64,000 nt of DNA from Eledone cirrhosa (Eukaryota): assembly GCA_964016885.1 (NCBI GenBank), contig OZ024746.1, positions 30,814,001 to 30,878,000 on the forward strand. The letters are read 5' to 3'. This document shows positions 1-13,159 of this stretch, one piece after another. Below the pieces are notes generated by a model. The model was given only the letters and a program-made list of their open reading frames with translations. It had not been told where the DNA came from and ran no database searches. Position 1 is the first letter of the stretch. Each line of letters begins with the position of its first letter. The translations under genes were made by a program, and so were the position numbers.

Positions 1-645
1 CATGTAAGTGTCACAACAAAAGCACCCAGCCCACAGTGTAAATTGTTTGTGTAGGTGTCATGACAAAAACCATCCAGTACTCACTCTAAATGTGGTTGGC
101 GTTAAGAAGGGCATCCAGCTATAGAGACCAAGCCCAAATCAGTTTTGCATGGACAACTTGTCTAACCTATGATGATCCTCTTGAGCTTGGGGGGGGGGGG
201 GGATCACATAGACTCAAGTCATATGTTCACCTTCCTCTCTGGCATGGATTGGACAGGTTGTCAAAGTCTAAGACCATATGGGTCAGTGTGGCACATCTTA
301 CTTATACATTCCATTTCTGGCATAGTTTCTATGGCTGGATGTCCTTCATAACACTTTACGGGATGTACTTTATCGTGCCACTGCTACTATCACTTTACAG
401 AGTGGACTGGGTACATGTGTGGAAAGTGTGAAATAGAAACTAAAAGTTACAGATTGTCACATAAGCTCTGAAACACATCCAAAAGTTGTCTCCCTTGATA
501 ATAATTATAGTCGTTATCTAATGTTTTTTTTTCACACACACAAACATACATAGTTATATACATCCATACACACATACATATAGAAAGCCAGAACCAACAG
601 AATTGTTAAAGAATATATAAAGTATATTTTCTTTTATTTGGACAG

Positions 646-821
646 AATCAGTGGTTCTAAACCTGAGGTAATCTTCACATTGGGTGAGGCTCTGGCTCGT
701 CCTGAGGTAACACTGAGGGCAGATGACCCCGCAGCTCTTGGAGTCCCTAAGGAACACAAGTTTATGCTGACTGCAATTGGTAACCAAAACCTCGTTGTTG
801 TATCACAGACACCAACTGCTG
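646..821 (+). CDS. GTF2F2: GTF2F2 (TFIIF beta/RAP30) internal coding exon; upstream exons lie outside the window
   Basis: ttggacag|A...ACTGCTG|gtaaat; encodes ISGSKPEVIFTLGEALARPEVTLRADDPAALGVPKEHKFMLTAIGNQNLVVVSQTPTA, resembling RAP30 EVSFTL...PREHPFVL...Q.L.VF; ends in phase 1. Confidence 0.85.
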
Positions 822-1421
822 GTAAATATCATTGTTTTTGCTGTTGTTGTTTAACCCCAGATTAGTCCTTGTCCAGTACATATTTGATCAAAACTATCCC
901 TGCCATAAACATTCCAACAGTTAACAGACTCGGAATCACTGGTTAAATATCGTTGTTATTATTTAACTCTAGGTCAGTCTTGATCCAGTATATATTTGTC
1001 TTACCCTTTTCATATAAAACTGTTTGTTTAAAATCTAAAAATCTTCAATCATAATTTTATGTCAAAACCTTTATGTTATGTTCTAAACACCAGCTTAATA
1101 ATGAGAAAGTTACTGTACTAAGTCCTTCTAAATTCTTGATAATTATCAAAATAATTATCAAAATAATTATCAAAATAATTTGAAAACCATAGACTGCGTC
1201 TTTCATTAGAAATATGGTAATGAAAGGGATAATGACATAGACAGTGTCTTTTATTAGAAATATGGTGATAAAGGGTTAATGACATAGGTAGTGTCTTTCA
1301 TTAGAAATATAGTAATGAAATGATTAGGGATCCTCTAGTTATCCAATCATTATTCAAACATTGTGTAACTAGGATCACACTATCCAATATGTTTTTCTTA
1401 CTATTTTATGACAGTTGGGAT

Positions 1422-1724
1422 TTAACTCTTGTTGCTATATTCCCATTGAATTAGTGAAATATTTAGACAGATGTATTAAAATCATAAATTCTCTATTGAT
1501 TTGGTATTTCTAATATAAATCATTGAAATGTTCTTATATAAATTTATATTGAAAAGTTTGAATCTAAATACGAACCCTTTAAAATGGATTTTAATTAAAG
1601 AATTTAGGAGGCTATATAAAAAAGTTCTTATATAAATTTGTGTTGGAAAGTTTTAATTAAAATAGGAGGCTTTGTTTCACAAACCCAAAGGCAGTTTTGA
1701 GCAAGTTGGTATTGAAAGGGTTAA
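1422..1724. mobile_element. Degenerate piggyBac-like MITE (TTAA-flanked)
   Basis: ttaa-CTCTT...AAAGGG-ttaa; related AAAGGGTTAA / TTAACCCTTT ends recur near 1270, 3570, 8675 and 12773. Confidence 0.4.
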
Positions 1725-1808
1725 GTAAGATTTGGCTATTTTTTCTAACATGTTGATTGATCATATAGTAACCACATGAAACTTAATAACAATATTTTTA
1801 TTTTTCAG

Positions 1809-1829
1809 ATGTTGAATTAGGTACCACTG
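1809..1829 (+). CDS. GTF2F2: Candidate 21-nt microexon of GTF2F2 (DVELGTT)
   Basis: Polypyrimidine tract tttttatttttcag|ATGTTGAATTAGGTACCACTG|gtaagt; phase 1-1, frame-preserving, no stop. Confidence 0.6.
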
Positions 1830-1974
1830 GTAAGTAACATTGTCATTTCTCTTCTTCCTCACCATTCTGCCATACTTTCTAGGACTGTATCTTAGCTTTT
1901 TTATCCCTAGCTAACCTATTATTCCACCACCGTGTCATCTGGGGTCGATATCATCAACTAAAAACCCTTTTAAG

Positions 1975-2240
1975 GTCATGTTACATACTAGTGAGGCAAG
2001 GGCAGTGAATGCAGATGTGTGAAAGTTAGAGAGAAATGAATTGAACATGTTTCATTGAATATGTAATGTGTAATTTGGCAAATGGTGACGTACAGTTGAT
2101 CTGAGAAAAACTAGGCATGAAAGGAATTATATGTTACATAGTAGAGAGAATATTGCACTGATATGGATGATGATCTTTGGGTGAAGAAGTGCTAGGAATC
2201 TCAATTGGAAGGAAGGTGTGGACAAGTGGGGAGAACTGAC
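1975..2240 (+). mobile_element. Decayed RTE-type LINE 3' fragment
   Basis: Degenerate LHTSEA.AV..D..KLERNE-like coding trace, typical of RTE RT C-termini. Confidence 0.4.
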
Positions 2241-2261
2241 CTTAATAATAATAATAATAGT

Positions 2262-2535
2262 GAAAATATTGTGTACAGTGCTCAGGTGCACTACAACTCA
2301 TCAAAAGTGTATGTATAGTACATAGGGTAATGTACAAACGTCAGGAAAATGAACAGTGCATGAGTCATGATATACACATGTGCATGTAAGGAGGACATCA
2401 GATGTAGTTTTGGCGAATTTTGGGAAGCATGAGGGTTTTAAAGGATGACAAAGGAAAGAGACAATTGGACAGTGGCTGTATGGGAATGGAATGGCCATCC
2501 ATCAGTTTCAATGTGTGCCAGCTGGAACAGCCTGC
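2262..2535 (-). mobile_element. CR1/L2-type LINE 3' end fragment
   Basis: Closely similar to 6860-7060 (gtgtacagtgctcaggtgc...); abuts an (AAT)n tail. Confidence 0.6.
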
Positions 2536-3779
2536 TCGTGAAATTAACGTATAAATCAATGAGCATGCCGCAAACATGTGTATCTTTAATGTAATCCCAG
2601 GGAGATTCAGCAAGACACACTGTGATATGGCTGGCTCTTTGAATTACACGTACAGTCTGACATACTTCCAAACATGGTAAATGATGTCCAAGATGCTATG
2701 CTGTAGGATCAAACCTAGGGCCTAATAATTGAAAAATGAACTTGTGAAAGATTCAACCATACTGCACTAGAGTGGACTCATCTTATCCAGGGGGAAATTG
2801 ATGAAAATAAGAGGAAATATATTGATGATGATAGTTATATGTATAATATGGTTAATAGAAAATACCAGAAGTGTGTGTTGTGTATACTAAATAGACATAT
2901 CGTAAAGTGTGTGTTCTGTACACTAAATAAACATACAGTAGGGCTTGTTCTGTATACTAAACGGACGTAGAGTAAAGTGTGTATTGTGTATACTAAACAC
3001 ACATCAGCAAAGTGTATGTTATGTATACTAAATAGACATTCAGTCAAGTCTAATATTTAAATTCAATTATAAAGTTTTTCGAGTTATCTCCCTTATCTAT
3101 GAATGTTCCTAACAACCTTTTGGTAAGTTTTGTTTTCCATCTTCAATTAAAAGGTAAAATTCGTTTTAATGAAAATGTTACAGTACTACTCAATTACATT
3201 GCTATATTTCTAAAGAAAGGTACTACTTGTGGTTTTCAGATAAAGTTTTAAATAATCAAGAATTTTAAGAAATTTTGTAATATAAACATTAATTATTAAG
3301 TTGGTGTTTAGAGCATAATTTAAATCTGTTACATAAAATTATAATGGAAGGTTTTTAGATAAATATAAACACTTTAATCCTTCTGATACCAAGACCCCCC
3401 CCCCCCCCCCCCCCACACACACACACTTTAAAGGGTTCCTATTTAAATTAAAATCCTCCAACATTTTATATGAGAAACATGTTATTATTTTAGTAATGAA
3501 ATAATAATCTTAGTAAATCTCTCCAAATTCTACATTATTGAATTGAAACAGCATATTTCATTAGAAAGGGTTAAAATATACATTTTGTATCAGACTGAAG
3601 GGTAGTTTCATATCAGTAGGGTTAAACCGTCCACCCTTCTGTTGCCAGCAACTTGTTAGGGTCTCTGACACAACTAAACTATATTGCAGATAAATTAACT
3701 CAGTGGACAGAAGAATGTGGAAATAAACCATCTTTACAGTCTGGGTTGTATGACAAACTCTGGAATGTGTTGTCATCAT

Positions 3780-5065
3780 TACCAGATTGTCAGTTCAAGT
3801 TAGAACCTAAGTCACTTTTATATCAAATTGTCAGCTCAAGTAAGAACCTAACTCACTATTATATAAGATTGTCAGCTCAAGTGAGAACTGAATTCATTGT
3901 TATACCAGATTGTCAGTTCAAGTTAGAACCTAACTCACTATGATACCTGATTGTCAGCTCAAGTTAGACCCTAACACACTATGATACCAGATTGTTAGCT
4001 CAAGTTAGAACTTAACTCACTATGATACCAGATTATCAGCTCAAGTTAGACCCTAACTCACTATGATACCAGATTGTCAGCTCAAGTTAGAACTTAACTC
4101 ACTATGATACCAGATTGTCAGCTCAAGCTAGAACCTAACTCACTATTATATAAGATTGTCAGTTTAAGTTAGAACCTAACTCACTATGATACCAGATTGT
4201 CAGCTCAAGCTAGAACCTAACTCACTATGATACCAAATTGTCAGCTCAAGTTAGAACCTAACTCACTATGATACCAGATTGTCAGCTCAAGTTAGAACCT
4301 AACTCACTATGATACCAGATTGTCAGCTCAAGCTAGAACCTAACTCACTATGATACCAGATTGTCAGCTCAAGTTAGAACCTAACTCACTATGATACCAG
4401 ATTGTCAGCTCAAGCTAGAACCTAACTCACTATGATACTAGATTGTCAGCTCAAGTTAGAACCTAACTCACTATGATACCAGATTGTCAGCTCAAGTTAG
4501 AACCTAACTCACTATGATACCAGATTGTCAGCTCAAGCTAGAACCTAACTCACTATGATACTCGATTGTCAGCTCAAGTTAGAACCTAACTCACTATGAT
4601 ACCAGATTGTCAGCTCAAGCTAGAACCTAACTCACTATGATACTAGATTGTCAGCTCAAGTTAGAACCTAACTCACTATGATACCAGATTGTCAGCTCAA
4701 GCTAGAACCTAACTCACTATGATACCAAATTGTCAGCTCAAGTTAGAACCTAACTCACTATGATACCAGATTGTCAGCTCAAGCTAGAACCTAACTCACT
4801 ATGATACCAGATTGTCAGCTCAAGCTAGAACCTAACTCACTATGATACTAGATTGTCAGCTCAAGTTAGAACCTAACTCACTATGATACCAGATTGTCAG
4901 CTCAAGCTAGAACCTAACTCACTATGATACCAGATTGTCAGCTCAAGTTAGAACCTAACTCACTATGATACCAGATTGTCAGCTCAAGCTAGAACCTAAC
5001 TCACTATGATACTCGATTGTCAACTCAAGCTAGAACCTAACTCATTCTTATACCAGATTGTTAGC
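3780..5065. repeat. 41-bp minisatellite, ~31 copies, intronic
   Basis: Unit TGATACCAGATTGTCAGCTCAAG(T/C)TAGAACCTAACTCACTA; period 41 (e.g. 4321 to 4362). Confidence 0.95.
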
Positions 5066-5390
5066 TAATGACCCCAGCCAGGTGGGCACCATAAATATTA
5101 CCTAATGACTACAGCCAGGTGGACACTGTATAGGTGAACTAATGACCAGTGCCAAGGAGACACAGTAGTTAAGGTCAACTAAAGACCACAGCCAGGTAGA
5201 CATTGTAAAGGTCAGCTAATGACCAGTGCCAGCCAGCAAGTCACTCAGATATACTGACTTTGTAGTTCTAGAGGAAAGTTGGTGGATTTGGGACAGTTTT
5301 CTTTATAAATATTTTCTGCTTTCCCTTGCTATCCGGGAAAGGAGACATTAGATGATGAAGATGTTTTATAAATATTCTCTTCTTTTTCAG

Positions 5391-5472
5391 ACAAACTTGC
5401 AATTGAGGGCAAAGTGATTCAACGTGCAGAATGTCGACCTGTTGCCAATGACACGTACATGAAGCTGAAACG
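5391..5472 (+). CDS. GTF2F2: GTF2F2 coding exon
   Basis: tctttttcag|AC...AAACG|gttgtt; (D)KLAIEGKVIQRAECRPVANDTYMKLK(R) matches RAP30 DKLSLEG.V.QRAECRP...YM.LKR. Confidence 0.93.
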
Positions 5473-5690
5473 GTTGTTCCATAGATCACAATTGATTTCT
5501 TGTAGTTATTAGTGTAGATAATGGTTATAGACACACACATGCACATATTGGTGTAGACATGCTATAGACACAAACATGGTTGTGTAGAGAACACACACAC
5601 ATGCACATATATATATATATCATCATCATCATCATCGATTAACGTTTATCTTCCACGCTAGCATGGGTTATATATATATATATATATATA

Positions 5691-5869
5691 CGTTATTCCG
5701 GGTTGAATCGGAGGTAACCACAGTAAGTAAGGTACTCAATACATAGCAGAGTATAAAAGTTTTAATATAGATGAGATTCTACAGGACTAGAACTGTTTCA
5801 TTCTTTAGAAATCATCAGGAATCTGATGATTTCTAAAGAATGAAACGGTTCTAGTCCTGTAGAATCTCA

Positions 5870-5872
<3 letters not shown>
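5691..5872. mobile_element. Short Penelope-like non-autonomous element (family A), palindromic, in (TA)n
   Basis: Starts CGTTATTCCGGGTTGAATCGGAGG; near-identical copies at 51157, 52667 and 54716; ends in an inverted duplication. Confidence 0.75.
5774..5824 (-). ncRNA. Type I hammerhead ribozyme (family A)
   Basis: Minus strand: agattc-CTGATGA-tttctaaagaat-GAAA-cag ttctagtc ctg-TA-gaatct; helix I agattc/gaatct, helix III cag/ctg, GUA site. Confidence 0.75.
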
Positions 5873-5925
<53 letters not shown>

Positions 5926-6479
5926 CATACACATATAACAAAAGAGAATGATAGAATAGTGTTTCTATTACATTTATAATTACTTTACAATTGTTTCAAT
6001 ATTATATCCAATTATCAAACATTCTGGCAAAAGTAATACAAGAAGGTTGAACAAATTTGTGTATAAAAAGCTGTTATACCTCATCAGATGCAAACCTATT
6101 CAAAACAAAAAACACTGAGGGCAAAATGCAGGCCAGTGGAGATTATATGTGTCCACTAGTAATAACATCATCATCACTGTCATTTAACATCTATTTTCCA
6201 TGCTAGCAATGGGTTAGACGAGTTGTCTCATTTGAGACAAGTCAGGTCAGGTGACTGATTCTATGGCTGGATGCCCTTCCTAATGCCAACCACATTTACA
6301 GTGTGGGATGGGTACTTTTTGTCGTGGCACCTACACAATCACCTTACAGTGTAGACTGGGCACTTTTTGTTGTGGCACCAAAACGACCACTTCACAATGT
6401 GAACTGAGTACAGGGCAAGAGGGTGTGGGTGGTGTATGGAAGTAGGGAGGGGGATAGGGGTTAAGTGGTGTATACTAGA

Positions 6480-6760
6480 TGTATGCTTCAACCTGTGCAT
6501 AGCAAGGCAGGTCTTCTGTACTACTGCATAATGCCAAACATCTCCATCTAGTATCATCATCTTTGAGAGATGCAGTTGTGCAAGGCCAGCTCTTCCTAGG
6601 TATTCCTACTCCATAACTTCCACAACTTTGATCGCCCTGTACCATTTTATATAGCTGTCATCATTCATATACATCACATGGCCATACCAATGCAACCTTT
6701 GTCAAAAGCTTTCTCCAAGTCAACAAAAGCCAAGTAAAGCGGTTTACTTTTAACTAGGGT
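6480..6760 (-). mobile_element. Decayed RTE-type LINE RT fragment
   Basis: Minus strand reads ...LYLAFVDLEKAFDK... near 6700-6740. Confidence 0.55.
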
Positions 6761-6859
6761 TAATAAATGTGCACTGTGTTATATATAAACTGAAATATAT
6801 TTTAATAGAGCTATAACGGTGTGTTAATGTGTTAAAAAATGTGTAGTATGTTATATTTA

Positions 6860-7300
6860 ATAATGAAAATTATTGTGTACAGTGCTCAGGTGCTCTAAAA
6901 CTCATCAAAGGTGCATGTATAGTACATAGAATAATGTACAAATATCAGGAAAGTAAACAGTATATGAGTCATGATATACACACAGGCATGTCTGGAGGGG
7001 GAATATCAGGTGTAGTGTTGGCAAATTTTGGGAATCATGGACGTTTCGAAGGATGCATTGTCCCGACAGTTAACAACTGATGCAAGTAGTTTGTTCCATG
7101 CTTCAGCAACTCTGAGCAGGAAAAAATGTTTCCGAAAATCATGGGAGCTGTTCTGCTTTCTGATTTTGTAAGCATGTCCACAGGTGTTAGACACATGGAA
7201 TTCAAAAAGGTGCCCAGGGTTGTTGTTGGAAAAATGGTTAATAATCTTGTGGGTGTCTACCAAGTCAGTTGCCAGACGCTGGAGCTTTAATGTATCCAGA
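6860..7300 (-). mobile_element. CR1-type LINE 3' fragment
   Basis: ORF 7006-7263 ...TCGHAYKIRKQ...FRKHFFLLRVAEAWNKL..SVV, the CR1 ORF2 C-terminal motif. Confidence 0.8.
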
Positions 7301-7488
7301 ATATATTTTAATTGAACTATAGTGATGTGTTAATAAATGTGTAGTATGTTTTATTTATTTAAACCAGAATATATTTTAATAGTACTACAGTGATGCATTA
7401 ATAAATGTATACTTTGTTATAAACTAGAATATATTTTAATAGATGTAGTGATGTGTTAATAAGTGAATAGTGTATTATATTTCAACAG

Positions 7489-7585
7489 TTTACAGCTGGT
7501 GTCCAAGAACAGACCAGCTCGTCAAGTGAAACAACTGGATGTGGTAGTGAATAACTATAAACCAGTGAAAGAACATTCATTCATG
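7489..7585 (+). CDS. GTF2F2: GTF2F2 coding exon
   Basis: ttcaacag|T...TTCATG|gtaagt; LQLVSKNRPARQVKQLDVVVNNYKPVKEHSFM (QLD.VV..NYKPV..H motif); phase fits the previous exon. Confidence 0.92.
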
Positions 7586-10028
7586 GTAAGTAACTTATTG
7601 TTGTTCTTCTTGCAATCGTGGGTTGGGGATGGTGATATTGTTGCTGGTATTGGTATGGTATTGTTGTTGCTGTCGGTGGTGGTGCAATGGGCTGTTGGTA
7701 GTGGAAGTGGTATTGGTTGTGATAGTATTGGTAGAGGTGGTGGTGTGATGGGGCTGTTGGTAGTGGAGGTGGTATTGGTTGTGTTGGTGTAGTGTTTATA
7801 GTGTATCGGCTGTGATAGTGTTGGTGGTGGTGGTGTTGGTATTAGCTGTGACTGGTGGTGGTTGTGGTGGTGTTGGTATTGGCTGTGACGGAGGTGGTGG
7901 TGGTGTTGGTATTGTTGTCATTATCTCTATATTTATGTTTCTGACACTTGTCTGGGTGGAGTTATATTGTAGTATTTGTGACTGTTAACTTTAAACCATT
8001 GTATCAACAGTTGGCAGGTTATTGAACCAACCATGAACTTGTCATACTACCTGTTTTTATTCTTTACTGTTTCTCATTCAAATAATCTGCACAAGCTGTG
8101 TTATTTGTGCATCACTTAGATGTGCAAATGTTCAATACTTTTATCTACAGATGTGCAATACTTAAGTATACAGATGTGAAGATTTTACTGCTCTGTGTGT
8201 GTGTGTGAAGACTTTTCAGCTCTGTGTGTGTGTGTATGTAAATACTTTACAGCTGTGTGTATGTAAATACTTTACAGCTATGTGTGTATGTATGTAAATA
8301 CTTTACAGCTATGTGTGTATGTATGTGAATACTTTACAGCTGTGTGTGTGTATAGTGTATGTGAATACTTTGCAGTTCTATGTGTGTATAGTGTATATGA
8401 ATACTTTGCAGCTGTATGTGTATGTGAATACTTTGCAGCTGTATGTGTATGTGTGTGATTGGTAACCCATAACTCATGTATTGTCTTTAAACCATGTACA
8501 GCTGTAGAATTGTTCAGATGTCAATGTAATAGGTAAAGAGTAAACAGCTTATGTAGCGTAGTGTGGTGTTGTGTTGTGTCAAAAACAGCATCACCTGGTG
8601 TGGTGTGTCACTACAACTACAGCACCATCACCTTGTGTGGTGTGATATCTTTCATTAGAAATATGGTAAGAAGAGGGTTAAGCCAGAAGTGAGGTGTGGT
8701 TTGTGTGAGATTTGGCTGTAATTTGTAGCAAATCATACAACTTAGCAGGGGTTCATTTGTTAGTCCTGTTACAATGGAAAGAAGGTATTGTATAATTAGC
8801 AGGTGTTACAGTAATGTGGCCATTATCTACTGAAATCCTGGAAGTAATTAGCGCTACCAGAAAGGAAGTCCAGCTGTAAGAACACTGTCTCAAAACAATC
8901 TCATCCAACCCATGCTGCCAGAAGGGGAAAATGGACACAGAAAATGATGCTTACAATTAATCTACTACTACTATCATTACCACCACCACTACTACTGCTA
9001 CGACAACCACTGCTGCTGCTATTTTCACATCACTACTATTACCTCCACTACCATCGCCACTACTATAATATCACCACTACTACTACCACCACCACCACCA
9101 CTACCACTGCTATTATCTGAACACCATCTGTACTACAGTGCAACAGTTGGATATAAAACATTGTTAAAATACTTGATACTTTTCCTTTGTATGTACTCAC
9201 CTGTAGGCACAGGTGTTAAAACCTACAGCAGATGGTTTAAGATATCTAGTTTGAAATTAATTAGTCTCTACTATAAATATAATACACAGGTGGCACATTG
9301 TCTTCTTGAGCAAGATGCTTCATTTCATGATTTTCATGACTGGACTGGGGTCCCCTATCGTTAAAACACCCATGAAACCTCTGATATGGTACAAAATTGT
9401 AGCAGGCCAGCTAAACCTACATAGGTGTGAGCTGCAACAACATGATAGGACTGGAGCCCCTATTATCAAAATACCCAAGAAACCTATACAATACAACCTC
9501 ATATGAGGCCAGCTAAGCCTGTGTATGATAGGACTAGGGCCCCTATCATTAAAACACCCATGAAACCTATATGATACAACCTCATATAAGGCCAGCTAAA
9601 CGTGTATATAGGTGTGAGCTGTAACTACAACACCTATGAGGCAGCTAAATGTACAGTGTGATCTGTAACAACACCACCACTAATAAAATGATGCCATCAT
9701 CATCATTCTTATTTAACATTCGTCTTCCCTGCTAGCAAAGGTTGGACAGGTCATCACAGACTAAGTCAGATTGATTGACCTCGCAGACAGACTGGGGATC
9801 ACGTGTAACATATGATCCTGCACTTTACAGTATGTGCTGGTGGCACCAGCACTAAGGAGGTTGTCATGTTTTAGACACACCTAAAGTATTCTCTGAACTA
9901 GTAAGTTTTCTACAGCTGTATGACTTTCCTATCACTAACACTTCACAAAGTGGACTGGATGCATGTTATTGTGGCACTGACATTAGAGAGGTTGTCATGA
10001 CCTTGACACAACTAAAGAGTCTTCTTAA

Positions 10029-10136
10029 CCTTTAGCACACTCTAGGCAACATAAGGCGCCGATAAAGTAATCTCACCTTAATACATAATGCAGTGTCAAT
10101 GGAAGCAATTCATAAAAATTCCTAACATGCTAAAGG
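10029..10136. mobile_element. 108-bp piggyBac-type MITE
   Basis: TTAA-CCTTTAGCA...TGCTAAAGG-TTAA: 9-bp perfect TIR with TTAA TSD. Confidence 0.65.
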
Positions 10137-10256
10137 TTAACTCTTTCATGGCTGGATATCCTTCTTAACACCCTAAACCACAGGCACCTCATATATGTTC
10201 CCACACTCTAAAGAGGGTACTTTGTTAATATTGTCTTCAATCATATTCATTTCCAG

Positions 10257-10400
10257 AAAGAACATGAGTTACGTAAGAAGGGTGAAGGCAAGAATATTCG
10301 TAAGGAGAAGAATGAGGTTACCGATATGTTATTCAATGCCTTTGAACAGCATCAGTACTACAATGTCAAAGACTTGGTCCGTATTACCAAACAACCAATT
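10257..10400 (+). CDS. GTF2F2: GTF2F2 coding exon (start of winged-helix domain)
   Basis: ttccag|AAAGAA...CCAATT|gtaagt; KEHELRKKGEGKNIRKEKNEVTDMLFNAFEQHQYYNVKDLVRITKQPI. Confidence 0.95.
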
Positions 10401-11689
10401 GTAAGTATTACTATTTCTGGTCTCCTAATTCTTCTTTCTGTCCTCCTCATTTGTCATGGATTGCTCGAGAGAAATATGTGAATCATACATCACTCTATGT
10501 TGCATATATTGTTGTTGTGGAGTATCACTCATTTCATCATTGTCATCATTGTCATTTTAACGTCCACTTTCCCTGCTAGCAAGGGTTAGACAGGTCCATA
10601 CAGATAAAGTCAGTAATGAAACGGGGCTACTGACCTCCTAGGCAAACCAGGGATATGTGGATCTGTGTCTCGCATTGTATGATTGACACTCCACTGAGTG
10701 CACAGGAGAGTTTGTCATGTCTTTGACACAACTAAGGGTCCTCCAAAGCCTTTGTTTAACAAGATTTCTACGTCTGGATGCCCTTCCTATTACCAACCAC
10801 TTTACTGTGTTTATCGTGTAGATCACCAACATATATTGTGCATTTATCATGTAGATCACAAACACTAGGGAGGTTGCCATATCCTTACTCTAAAGTCATT
10901 GGCAACTAATCTATGTTGGGAGGTACATTCTTCCCCAGGGAAGGACTTGGTATTTACTTGTCTCGTTTCCTGGTGAGGATGAAGTCTATTTGACTTCTAT
11001 GCCTTCCCTGATTGGTAGCTAATCATTTATGGTCCTATATTTTATTGGCAATCCCAACCATGTTATTTTTATAAGACATTAAATAAAAAGAATTTGTTTT
11101 AGAGAGAATTTATCATATTACCTCTAACGTCCTGTACCACATGAACATAATTGCATTACATTAAATAGTGACATCTTTCTTCTAATACTGTAAATTTTCT
11201 CAACAATCTGTACATTAGTAAATATACTGTAAACATTTAAATCAACAAACCACATTAGCTAGATATTGTTGAAAAATACAAAACAGCATTATGGCTGTAT
11301 CACATTAAATATTAAAGTCTTTACTGTGATACTGCAAATTTTCACAATCTCTCCTCTTGTTAAGAAGATGCTATAAACATTTAGTACAAAACAACAGTAT
11401 GGCTGCATCACATTAGATATTAAAGTCTTTACTGTAATCTTGTCAATTTTGACAACAATCTGTCCTCTTGTAAAGATACTATGAGCATGTTAATCAACAA
11501 ACCCTCAGAAACCACATTAGCAAGACATTCTTTTGGTTATTTTCTGCTAAATCATTACAGGATGTTTAGTGTTAAACACAAAATACACAATAAATTTGAT
11601 TAAAAGACACTATCTTAAGAAAGCTAGGGGTTTTGTGGAACTCTCTTTGGAAAACACTTATTTTCTCCTATTTCTGTTTCTGTCTGCAG

Positions 11690-11800
11690 ATTTACCTGAA
11701 AGAAATTTTGAAAGAGATTTGTATATACAACATGAAGGCTCCCCACAAGAACATGTGGGAATTGAAACCGGAGTACAGACACTACAAAGAGAAAACTTGA
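11690..11800 (+). CDS. GTF2F2: GTF2F2 last coding exon with stop codon
   Basis: tgtctgcag|ATTTAC...ACTTGA; IYLKEILKEICIYNMKAPHKNMWELKPEYRHYKEKT*, the hallmark RAP30 C-terminus WELKPEYRHY. Confidence 0.95.
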   Translation: MYLKEILKEICIYNMKAPHKNMWELKPEYRHYKEKT

Positions 11801-11864
11801 GCACATTTACTCATGTAGCATTAACTTTATTTTCTTTTTCTCTCTCTACCACATTATATTACTT

Positions 11865-12130
11865 TCATTTGGTGTCCTGCACTACTGGTCACTACTAAAG
11901 TTGGTGTCCAGCATTGCTGGTCACTACTAAAATTTGGTGACTAACATTGCTAGTCATTACTTTAATTTGATGTCCAACATTGCTGGTCACTACTAAAGCT
12001 GATGACCAACATTGCTGGTCACTACTATAATTTGGTGTCCAGCTCTGTTGGTCACTACAAAAACTTGGTGTCCAGCACTGGTGGTCACTACAAAAATGTG
12101 GTGTCCAGTACTACTGGTCACTACTACAAA
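11865..12130. repeat. ~30-bp degenerate tandem repeat in the GTF2F2 3' UTR region
   Basis: Unit ~TTGGTGTCCAGCATTGCTGGTCACTACTAAA, about 8-9 copies. Confidence 0.8.
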
Positions 12131-12240
12131 CTGCCAAAATTTCCCCTCTCTCTCTCTCATGCTTTCCTTTCTTGACCATTCCCACACGATTCCAGCACCC
12201 CCAGATTTTTTTTTTTTTTTTTTATTGTCAAACCATTTTA

Positions 12241-12246
12241 AATAAA
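12241..12246 (+). promoter_or_regulatory. Candidate polyadenylation signal of GTF2F2
   Basis: AATAAA ~440 bp after the stop codon; the hexamer is common in AT-rich DNA. Confidence 0.35.
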
Positions 12247-13159
12247 AATGAAATAATAATGATAATAGTTTTTGATTTAGGCACAAAGCCAACAATTTTT
12301 GGGGAGGGGAAAGTCAATTAAATTGACCCCTGTATTTGAATAGAACTTTATTTTATCGACTACAGAAGTATGAAAGACAAAGTTGACATCAGTGTTGTAA
12401 CTAAAGGTTTCTTGTCAAACTCCTTGCAGTAGAAACATCTGCAGTCCTGGATCCATAAACCATCTCCTTACTTCAATCAGGATGGGGATGGCCATCTGTA
12501 AGAATTAGCCCTGTATAATATACTGGTTTCCTGTCAAACCTATACCTGGTGTTTTGAGACCTCAAACTACCTTCTTATTCACTTACCTCAGGATAGAGAT
12601 GGCCATCCTCAAAAATGAACCCTATAAAGTGGGTTGTCTTCTTGAGGAACCTCTTGCATGGGAAACATCTGGTATCCTGGGTCCTCACCCCCTCCCCCCA
12701 CATGAATCGGGATGGAGGGATGGTTTGTTACTGTTTTCTCTCTTAAATCCTTGATTGTGATATTTAATGTAGTTAACCCTTTTAATACCCACCAACCCAC
12801 TTAAAATTGCTTCATGTTTTATGGTGTAAAACCACCTATGTTCAGAATTTAAATCAAATCTGTTCAGCATAATTTTATCACAGGATATTATGTTATGCTC
12901 CAGACACCAGCTTACTAACAAAGTAAGTTATTTTACTAAATCTTTCTAGAATTTGTTATTAATTGAAATGTAGGGAATGTATTTTACCATAAATGTGGTA
13001 ATAAAAAGCTTAGTTCATAAACATTGTGTGTATATGTGTGCAAACCACCTCAGTTTATTTGGAATAGAGATGTCATGTCTTTGAACCTGTTATTCTTTCA
13101 TCTCTTAAATTGGTAATTCAATACACAAGTGTCATCATCATTTAACATCTGCCTACTTT

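Noticed and set aside
3780-5065. 41-bp and 40-bp tandem arrays considered as CRISPR-like
   Set aside because: There are no unique spacers and no cas genes, and the context is eukaryotic; these are ordinary minisatellites.
5982-6091. Possible minus-strand hammerhead CTGATGA...(long)...GAAA-caattg-TA
   Set aside because: Helix I (gcat vs aagt) does not pair convincingly; at best a decayed copy.
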